From assembly GCA_051362555.1 (NCBI GenBank), contig CM120641.1:3906001-3970000 (forward strand): DNA of 64,000 bases, given 5' to 3'. Position 1 is the first letter of the stretch, and each line of letters opens with the position of its first letter. Position numbers and translations under genes: made by a program. The DNA comes from Lingula anatina. Taxonomy: Eukaryota > Animalia > Brachiopoda. Below, piece after piece: positions 53,858 to 64,000 of this stretch. Under the pieces are notes generated by a model, which was not told the DNA's origin, ran no database searches, and saw only the letters and a list, made by a program, of their open reading frames with translations.

Positions 53858-55462
53858 GTTTCAGTACTTGTTTAACTAGTAGTGATCAGAACTGGAGATC
53901 ACATGCTAGAGCCCAATTAAATTGGTAAGAAATGGTGGATAATCTGAAATGACATGTGATCTTTGAATTTAATTTGAATAAATGAAGCCACAAGAAAAGT
54001 TTCATGTTTTATGGTTCGTTCCTGGGAGAGAAGTTTTGATCTGGGAGATTACTGAGTTATTATACTACTTGCAGAAATCTATGCCTCTGATTCGACAGTT
54101 ATTCTGGACAAAAGCCTATTACAACTGCGCCTTGGTAATAACAGTTTTTATATCCCATACATGGGCAACTTATGTTGAAAACAGCACAAAATACCCTTGT
54201 TAAACTTCGCGTCGGAGCCCTTTTTCCTGTGACTGGGTACTATTTCAAAAAGCCCCATCATGAATGTACAGTATTTGCTTAATAATATTCTGGACAAAGA
54301 AGTTTCCTTTAATTTATTTAACTAAACACCAACAAGCTGTTAAATAACAAGTTTGATAAACTGTGTGTTTATAACGGCAATGTAACTTATAACCCGTTTT
54401 TACATTTTAGCATACACTGTAACTCAAAACAAATAAGCAAATATCTTGAGAGAACCCGTGTTGTTTTGGTCACAATATTGAAACGGAACAACATTTTTCG
54501 GTCTTTTTAAAGAAGTAAGTTTAAGTAATAACTCAAGTGATCACGTGTCGTGCTTTGCGTGATTCATCCCTAGGAAAACAGGTAAAGATACATCACGATG
54601 TTAGAAAACACTGTGCGTGTAAAACAAGGTGGCAGCTGTTATAACGTATCTTGGGGCAAGACCTTTCTCGTCTTTGCAGTATAATTGATATGTAATAATG
54701 AGGAGTGTCACGCAATTTCAGATGTAGTATGTCATTTTATGTCGAACTAGAAAGGAACAATTTCCTATCAATTATTTTTTAATTAACTAATAACTAACAT
54801 ATTCTAATAATTAATTATTTAAGCAAGTAATTTATATATTTAAGCAAGTAATTTATATATTTTAAAAAAGCTAAAGTAGTCATTTATTAACGTATCAACT
54901 AATCACTATCAAAATCAAGCCCACTTTGAGCTATCATCAAAATTTCATTGAAATCCCTCAAAATGTTTTTTCGTTATGTTACCAGCATATGACGTTTGAA
55001 ACAGACATTATTCATTAAATAACTAAACAATTGATATTCACCAAAGCAGTATCATTTGTAACTTGGTCCCTCGGACATTTTTCCGAAAATGTTCAGTAAA
55101 ATCCATTCACAACTCTGCAAAATGTTCCTAACAAACAGATAAACGGAACCAAAAACATTATACCTACTTGGCGGGGGTAATTAGGAGAGTGGCAGATGAG
55201 TAATACTCTCTTTCAAGAGGGGTAATAAAAAGCATAACCATTAATGTTGTGTGCTTCGTCTTGTTTCAGTGGTACGCAAAGCTTCTGAACATGTGAATCC
55301 CGCAAGCACACACACATTTATCATTTTTGAGCATTTTATAAGTAAAAATTCTAGAACTATTGTAATGTTTTCATAAAACTCGGCCTGCGCTCTGTGAGTG
55401 CCTTACTAGTGCCTTACGAAATCACAGAAAGGTCTTGATCCAAAATACGCTTTGGCAGTTTT

Positions 55463-55805
55463 CAGCTCTAAACCTTCATTCTTGGTCTTAGGGGTCCATC
55501 GCTGGGGGGTCAATGTGCTAGCGTAGTGCTACCGTAGTGGACGTAGAAAAAAGGGCGCGGTCTGTGAAATGTAGATTGTCAACGTTATCAGCACATTCTC
55601 TTGGCTCGACTATATCTTTATCATTTAAAATGTTAGTAATGCCATGGGAAAACTACTGGTACATGTAACCTGACAGGACTGGGAAAAAATTCTGCACTTA
55701 GATTGCCTGTCGTCTTGTTTTAAATTAACTTGCAAAATGGACAGTGCCACGAGCCGGAGACCTTCAGATAACTGGTGGTATCTTATCTCGTGCTATATAA
55801 AAGGA

Positions 55806-55843
<38 letters not shown>

Positions 55844-58160
55844 GTCGTTTCTTATATGTTTCTTAATTATTTATTTATCTATTTATATATTTTACATGTA
55901 AAATTGACATAAAAATTGATCATGTTTTAACAAAAAGGTTTTTTTAATATGTCATTTCATTATTTCAATTGTAACCAAATATGATGTTCTCCATAGATGT
56001 GTTTTGTTTAATATTTTTTCTCACTTTTATCTTCATCCCATTGCTATTGTCGGCTGATTAGTTTTACAGATGGTGAGTGAAGTCTTTTTACTGCTTTTAC
56101 TGATTAAGCTTTGTAGATTGTCTAACTCTTAAATTTTGTTCACTTTTTGTTGTACTTACAAAACTCTCACTAAACCAATTTATGAACATATATTTAAAAA
56201 TTCAGATGCATAGATCAAGGAAGTTTTTATTTCCTTGCAAAAATAGGAACAAATTAACTTTTTGAAAATGACAAATGCACCTGTACATTTTTTTTTAACA
56301 CGTGCCAGTGATAATCATTCAATGAAATCGGTAAACGAGATGATAAATATCCTACATTTAATAATATTGTATGGCTTCCTTTCACTTCAGTGTCTCAATA
56401 TGCGCAGCTGAAGGTAAGTTTTTTTTTTTTTGTTACAAATAAATACCCCTGAAATCTAGTGAATAAGCACTAACTTTGTTGTCGGAGCCAGGTTTCTTAA
56501 ACTAACAGAGTAATGTCAGACCAAGGGTTTTAAAAAATATTTTAGACTACAAAGACGAGAATAATATGAAAAGACGAATATATTTTTGGGTTATTGGTAT
56601 TTGATTTGTTATAGCATTTTTATGAATAATGATGTATATTGCATTTTCTTCTAATTCCTGTGCGACTCCATCCACTTGCTAAAAAGTTATTTGTAAGTAT
56701 ATGTTAAATAAACATCTTAACCACTTTTTCTCATAGAATCCGTTGGTAAGTTTTAAAATAATATTCACCCATGAATAGTAATATAAAATTAAGCAATCAC
56801 TTATATGTATATAATAATAACTAACTATTGCAGAACTATTGTGAAATATGTGCATAATAAATTATCCTCATTTCTTTCTTTTTTCCTTTCATTTGCCGCT
56901 TACTCCTCCTTTAGGGTGTCAGTATTCCATTTCTTTCGCAAACTGAAAAATAAGCAATTAAAAGTATCTTTAATTTTTGAATATCGTGTACATTCTAGTA
57001 ATGTACAAAAATAACTGACATCAAATAGTATAAACTTAAAATGTATCTTAAACTTTTTTCAATATGCCACGTATTCACCTTGATATTGATAAGGATTATA
57101 TTTTCATTCCATGTATGGTCCTTACCTATTTGACATTGATCAACTTTCATTTAAACATGGAAAGTATTAACTGAATGGACAAACAATATTATATGTCTGT
57201 CATCTTGACATAATTTAAAAGGACGCATCATTTGTATTAAGCCAACGTTTATAACACGACGCTTTTTCTATAAAGAAATTTCAACTCCTGCTCTATTACT
57301 AATCATTTCAGAAATTAAAATACAGTGGATGGCTGATAATAATTCCTTTGGTTCAATGGGGTTTGATATGTTAGGGTTTATTTCCTTATCCCTTTAAATT
57401 AAACATTCTCTTATAATATTCTGTCACATGAAAAATACAACAGGATGAATTTGCTAATTCGAGCTGATGACGTGACAGCAACTTTTTGGGGGTGAAACTT
57501 GTAATATCGATTTCAAAACAGACCTCGCTCACCTTTACAGCTAATATTAAAACCGTTGTAACACTTATCTAATCAAAATATCTAAAAGTTCAATCTGATG
57601 TCACAGAATTTTCTTGAAGGGCTTTACATACTTTTGATTTTATCAGTTAAACGACAATGTAATGTCTTTGTTTAAACTTGTACACCTGTTGTACTTCGTC
57701 AATTTAATGGAACATCGGCATCCGTGGCTTGTATCTCCTACACATAAACACGTAAAACCAATGCACTGGATACATGTAGTAGTAATATCGGAAACAGATC
57801 ACACTCTCACAAAATTGACAAAACAGCCTAATTTACGGTTAACGCTATTTCTATTGCACAATTATTAATTAAGATAAGTATTTTATATTAAAGAAACGGT
57901 AAAAAAGCGATTTTGACAAATGTTGGCTTTCGTAACGTACCGAACGCCTTTAAGTCATATCACGGCGCATTTGCGAGCCTGAAACTTGATGGAACTTGAT
58001 GGCTAATCTAATGGAAAATTATTGAGAACACTAGAAAAAAATCATGTATAGTATTTTTGTTAAAATCCTATATCAAGTTCGCTTTATTCGATAGCTTGCA
58101 ATTTACATTAACATTATCAGAAGTAAACAATTTGATAATATTCAATTTGATGAGGGAAGT
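55463..58160 (+). pseudogene. Decayed partial duplicate of the RING gene 3' region (approx. 12605-15200)
   Basis: Collinear blocks: 55463-55560 ~ 12605-12720, 55575-57305 ~ 13180-14870, 58029-58135 ~ 14871-14975, 58146-58160 ~ 15186. Deletions remove the big-exon donor, micro-exon 1 and the terminal exon; an unrelated ~720-bp insert occupies about 57306-58028. Confidence 0.88.
55745..55842 (-). pseudogene. tRNA-Phe(GAA) pseudogene with intron
   Basis: Copy of 13346-13454 with the 5' half intact, an ~11-nt deletion removing the T-loop/B box and an acceptor-stem change. Confidence 0.9.
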
Positions 58161-58866
58161 CAGAAGTCGTACTAACTCGTGCTAACTACTAACAGTAGTG
58201 TATCGGTCGCAAGTGACCCTCACCGAGTCATCCACGTACCCAGTAGTTTTTATAACAACCTGTACTATTTATTTAGCCGTGACAATAAAACTTGAGTCGG
58301 TAGATAGCGTTAGTTTGAAAAAAATGAGTGAGTTCATCAGAAATGTGATGGAATTTTAAAAGATTTAAGTCATGTTTCTTGCTCTAATAACTGGCTGAGA
58401 AGACGTTTATAAAAATGGCATCAATAAAGTCTTAATGTCCGTTGAAATATCACTATATATCACATAAAATACACATGTTGCTAATTAGCGTGGTCTGAAA
58501 TTAAACCCCAAGCTACTTTGGACGTAAAGAATTTGTGTAAAATTTAAACCTCAAATAAATCAAAATAGAATACAAAATAGAAATTATTACGAATTCCATT
58601 ACCGTGCATGGCAAAGTTTGGTGTTTGTTTCGACGAAAAGGGCATTTAAATAGTATTGAGTTTGGATGCAACATTACGACATCAGTTAGGACTTAGGAAG
58701 TAAAACGTGCGTCACGCAAACGCTGAAAAATTGGCATTTGCCAATACGATGTGCATCACATCATATTTCTGTCTGCAGTATATTAGAGCCATTGCAATCT
58801 GTTACGGCTATCATTTGTTGTTAACTTCTTTGTTAACAGAAAGTATCGGCTCAAGTCCTATTCAAA

Positions 58867-61800
58867 ATGTCTACTTTGCCTCTACTTTTCCTCTTGGTAT
58901 TGGGGTCAATCTGTTGTAGTCAACATCCCATACTGAATGTCCTTCAAAACGGCATAATTACAGATACTACAACTCCTTCCAACAGATTTTTACAAAATCG
59001 GATGAGATACAGCCCGACTTTGTGGACTCCAGCTTGGAGTATAGAGACAAAAGACAGTTTACGAGAACAGAAGTCGCTCAGAAAAGCAACTCAGAGTATT
59101 ACTAAACGTTCGTTTTCCAGATCACGTAGAAAAGCAAATGGAATCGGAACAACAACAGTCAACAATGCTGAACTCACGGAGAGAATGAGTTTACTTCAAA
59201 ACAACTCAGAATCAAGTTTAATTCCAATTTCCAAAACATTTCAGGCCACGCCTAAAACCAGCTCCTTGGACGATTCCTCCGAAATTAAGCCTTTTCCGTG
59301 GATTTGGAGTGGATCGCAGTTGGTGTTCCCTACCAATGAAAACTTTTGTTTTGTAAAGTACGGGCGGATTTCACAGCAGCACATAACGTGTTACTGTGAC
59401 GCATTCTGTAATCTGTTTCACGATTGCTGTCTGCCGTATCTATCTTGCAACGAATTTCCCACTGCGACGACGACCTCAGCATTCAATATTACAGCAAAAC
59501 AAGTTGAATGCAGATCCCAGGGCTCGAAATTGAACCAGTTAAATAGGTCAGACTTTACCCGTAGAAGGCCGGGTTACCGGTTTTACTGGATGGTCTCATC
59601 TTGTTCGAGTAGAACACACAGCTCAACTCTCCGTCAAAAATGTGAGTTTTCAGGGTTCACAACTGACCTTGACATTCTCAGTCCAGTTTCAGATCCAGTG
59701 ACAAAACTTACCTTTAAAAACAAATTCTGTGCTGCTTGTAACAATTTATTTGACACTTCAGTATGGGACACGATGTTTAAGTGTGCAAATACAACTAGCT
59801 CCTACGAGTTAAGTGTCAACGTTACGTCATTACAAGATCTTGTTGAACGCATCGATTTGAAGAGCGACTGCTCGCTTTATTTTAAGCCACCGAAAGAAAT
59901 TCCAGGAAGACCGTGTGCCCCTATTGGTTATCGCCACTACAATGGCCTTCGTTGGTTTAACTCGTGTGGCCCAAAAAACAATTTCCTTCAGGAACGGTGC
60001 ACAAATGCACCATTTACACTTGTACAAGTTACAGCTGGCAGAGACCTAATTTACTGCAGAAACGTTTTCTGCTGGCTGTGTCGCCAACACCAGTTACCAG
60101 ACAGGTTCACAGATTGTTCAGAATTGGGTAAGGCATTAATTAATTCAATTTTATCTCATTCACTAAATTATGTTGGCTACTGAAATGTATTTTAAATCGC
60201 TCGACTTTCATTCCATTGAGCATTTGTTGTTGTTGTTGTTGTTGTTTTAAATTTGGATAAAACATAAACTATGTCTTTTAGTAAGTAGAGACGTAAAAAA
60301 CTTCTCTCTCATTTTGAGAAACTGTCCAAAAGTCACCCTCTTTGCTCACGTGTGACTTTGCGCTTGGCTTTAAAAATTTTAAGGGCAACTCCATGGGGTT
60401 TACATGTACCTGCCAAAATGAAATTTCACGAGAAAATAAGCATGCAGTTTTCTTGAACTCACGAATACCCCTCTCTTAACTTGGATTCGACCTTTTTAAT
60501 TTAAAAGGACTGGCCAGTCATAATAACCAGCCACCAACTTCGATTGTAATTTCAATATCAAGTACGCTTCAGAAAGAAATATTTAAGGAGTTAAATAGTT
60601 TGTAAGAAAAATGTAAAGCTTTACAAGAAGCTCTGGATGGCAAAACTAAGAATTCGGGGGGTTTTCAAACCCATGGGATATACCTTTAACGTTATGTTAA
60701 GCTTAAAGCTCGGGGTAACGAAACTAAGGGTCCGTGTAACAAAAAGTCTGCCCTCCATTTAATTATAATGGTTAGGGTTAGCCTGACCTAAGTGGATCAA
60801 AATATAGGACGAGGCTTACCTGTACAAATGAATGGGAAGCGGACTCTCTATTATGGGGGACCGGCGCAAACCCATATATGTGTATGTGTGCGTGCGTGCG
60901 CGCGCGGTTGTATGTGTGTTTGTGTGTCGAGGATTCATTGGAAATGCGTAAAATTTCGAAAGTATCAATTAATTCTTTGTTTCTTTGTTTCAGTAAAGGT
61001 ACACTTTTAAATACTTTTTCATATTGATAAAATTTCAGGTGACTCACATGTTAACATTAAACGCAGCTATGATCCTGTGGGGTTTGGAGCATTAATTGAT
61101 GTGTCGCACAAAAAGGACTGGTGTGAACCACAGACAGGCACAGTAAGTATCTGACCATCACTATTACACGCACTTCTGGCTTTTCTTAGTTTGTTGTTAT
61201 TTTTGGGACGGACAATCATCTTTAAAAAAATGGTATGCGACCCCCCTGCATATTTTCTCTTGAGTAATATCTGGACTCCAATTTTACCCAAACTGTTATT
61301 ATTAGCTATCCATTATCTAATATTTTATTCTAAGATGTATATTTCACTCTCTGGTACTACCGGTATATCAGTGGTAAAATGTTTATTTCAAAGGTAATAT
61401 TGTAAAGCAATTAACAATCCGTTAATACTTGCATTTCCTTTTTCAAACGAAATACCCGTAATTTTTGCATTATGTTGCAAAAAGACAGACAAACAAATAC
61501 TTACTAGCTAACAAACATACTAACGGGACCAAAAACAAAACCTCCTCAGAGAATTAAATAATTTAGTTTGCTTTAAATGTTATACAAGGGCGGATCCAGG
61601 ATTGTTTGGGGACCGTTTTTTTCAGGATTTTTTAAGCGGGCCCTTTGGCGAAGGTTCGCGGCCCGTTGAAGGGCCCCGGAAATTATTGGCGTTTTGGAGG
61701 GCGAACTGTGCCATTTGGTACGGTTTTGAACTATGATTCAGCTATTCAAACTTCTTATTTCAAAAGGGGATTAATGTTGTGATTTTATTTTCAGAAACTG

Positions 61801-62563
61801 AAGGGTAGGGTCAGGACCCCCTGACCCCCCTGGATCCGCCACTGTTATATATAAACATTGTTGGCTGTCTAATATTTGTTGACTAATAGTAGTTTTAATA
61901 CAGTTTTTGTTGTCAAACGTCATACTAGTATTTATATTGATTATATTTTTTCAGGCACAATGCTTTGTCTCAAAGTTCATGGAACAAGACAAGTGTTTTT
62001 CGCCCATAGTTGGTGTCTTCAATGGTTATTACGACTTGAAGCTATTGATTGCCCCCCAAAATGAACCGAACGTTTCTAAGAATTATACCGACTGGACTGA
62101 CTGTAAGTCAATTGGGTACGATATATTTTCAATTAAATTTTACTATTCCAAGCAGAATTTATGGGAATTTTTTAAACAGAAGATAACATGTACTGCCATG
62201 ACAGTTGATGTGAACGACACGAGTGGCAAAACCTTTGCAAGAGCAGCATATGTCTATAATATCCCAGTGGCTTTAAAAAGAAAAATCAACAGTTATATTG
62301 AGGGCATTCCTTTATTTGAATATTTGCAAGACGCGGTTGCCGAGTACCTACAACAGAATGGTATTGTTAGCCATAATGCGGTTGATTACAAAGTAAGCCT
62401 CATCCGGGAAGAGCCGAAACTTTGTGAAGACGTAGAACGTGAGACAAGGGTTAATACGGTGCCGACACATTCCCATGGGACTAACCAGCATGTCCCTCAT
62501 TTTTTTGTATTTCTATGCTCCTACACTGTTATGTTTTCGATAGGCCTACTCAACGAGTTTTGA
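58867..62563 (+). CDS. Array copy 6, 657 aa
   Basis: Exons 58867-60127, 61039-61142, 61955-62563; most diverged N terminus and tail; shorter intron 2. Confidence 0.88.
61585..61844. mobile_element. 260-bp MITE-like TIR element in intron 2 of copy 6
   Basis: CAAGGGCGGATCCAGG...CCTGGATCCGCCACTG (16-bp imperfect TIR); target duplication not clearly resolved. Confidence 0.7.
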
Positions 62564-63637
62564 ATCAAACTCTTATATAACCGTCGAAAATGTAAATCCA
62601 AAAGTGTAATAATAGACAGTAGTTCTCAAATGGTAGCAGCACAAATATGTACAACAAGAAGTATCCAGCAATACTTAAACAGTCCATGGCTAAGCAGACG
62701 TAAGTCAAACAGTAGCAGGCAGCAACAGTAAGTTATGACAGAGAGAGCTCTAATATACGCTTAGTCGTTTACATCATCAGACATCATCAGGGTATGGACG
62801 CTTCTAGAAGTTTCTACTGATATCCATGATCTAAAAGATTCTAGAAACATATTGAATACAATTGGTTAATTAAAGTTTTAGCATACCAAATTCTAGAAAG
62901 TTCTTGAAAATTGTTTTGAACAACGGGCCCTGACGCAAATACTTTCTGCTATCTAAATGAAAAGTTGTTCCCTAAAGCGCTCACAGAAACCAAGTCATTT
63001 TCTTAGTGAGATACATGTATTTTTAGTTCTAATTGATAGAAGTACACTTTGATTGAAGTACACTAAAACGAAAATTATTTGAGCTTTTGTGATAAGCAGT
63101 ATTAACCATTTAGTGAAGTGTTGTTTAGGTGATCAGAATTGCAGTTCACACACTAAGGCCCAAACAAAATGGCAAGCAATGGTGAATCGTCTTGAAATTT
63201 CATGAGACATTTGATTTGAAAAAATAAATGAAGCAACACGAAAAGATATATGCTGTATGATTCGCTTCTGTGGAAGGTTTGAGCTTAGAAATTACTAAAA
63301 TTAATTTTACCACTTATAAAGTTCTGTGCCTCTGATTGGGCGATATACAAGAGTGTGATTAGCCAGGTGCAGTCGAGGTAAATAGACTCTTGAATGTCGC
63401 ATATTGTAGATGACGAGTTGTTGTAACTGATTTATACCACGACTGACCACCCGAAATAATAACTAAATTTTAATAATGAAAGTTGCGTTGTCAAAATTTT
63501 TGATAAGTACTTTTTTTTATTCCTTCAGAAAGGGAAGTTTGGCGTAGTCAAATTTGCTTGTTGCATTTTTTAAGATGGAGGGTCCAAAGCTGCATCTCCG
63601 ACCGTGGTCAGACACCTTGTAGCCTTGCCCAATCAAG

Positions 63638-63644
<7 letters not shown>

Positions 63645-63677
<33 letters not shown>

Positions 63678-63678
63678 T
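63645..63678. repeat. (TTA)n microsatellite (similar tracts in introns of the array copies)
   Basis: Direct reading of the sequence. Confidence 0.9.
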
Positions 63679-64000
63679 AATTTCTTTTCCGTTTTTTGTT
63701 CGCGTCACAGTGTTTATACAAGTGAGCGCTACTACTCCGCTTCACTCTGCTTTCATGCATACATCTGTAGTTCTCTGTAGCGAATAATATTGTCATCACA
63801 ACTTTATGCTGGTTTTCAATTTTTGATCGTGTTACAATTTTTTGGATTTGGTTGTTACCTTTTGTTGGATTTTTGGTAAAATTTTCGTCTGATTGGCCTT
63901 ACCAGAAGCGGACCTCTAACTTCTGCAGCAACCCTACAAACTGAAATGTGTGCACTTTCGTTTGGAAATTATATTTTGAGTGTAGATATTTCAGGCGTAC

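Noticed and set aside
57306-58028. ~720-bp insertion in the RING relic as a Tc1/mariner element (TA|CAGTGG near 57321)
   Set aside because: No matching inverted end or TA duplication was found; left unclassified.
1-64000. CRISPR arrays, operons, prophage, rRNA or autonomous transposase/RT genes
   Set aside because: The sequence is intron-rich eukaryotic DNA; no repeat-spacer array and no such ORFs or motifs were seen.

Overview
AT-rich animal (probably invertebrate) nuclear DNA with GT-AG introns; no prokaryotic features. From left to right it holds (1) a complete 9-exon secreted GH18 chitinase gene (3698-8603, +) with an antisense intron-containing tRNA-Lys(UUU) in intron 5; (2) a RING/TRAF-zinc-finger gene (11830-15182, +) whose C-terminal Cys/His domain appears to be assembled through six consecutive micro-exons of 3,3,6,6,3,3 nt, with an antisense intron-containing tRNA-Phe(GAA) between the first two; (3) a tandem array of six 3-exon genes (17379-62563, +) for ~655-aa secreted, somatomedin-B-like Cys-rich, probably GPI-anchored proteins. 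Three near-identical 8.09-kb units in the array make copies 3 and 4 chimeras of copies 5 and 2. A decayed duplicate of the RING gene 3' half (with tRNA-Phe pseudogene and micro-exons) sits between copies 5 and 6. There are several MITEs and two short palindromes with 7-bp target duplications that resemble P-element excision footprints. All exon structures are read by eye from splice signals and reading frame, without transcript evidence.
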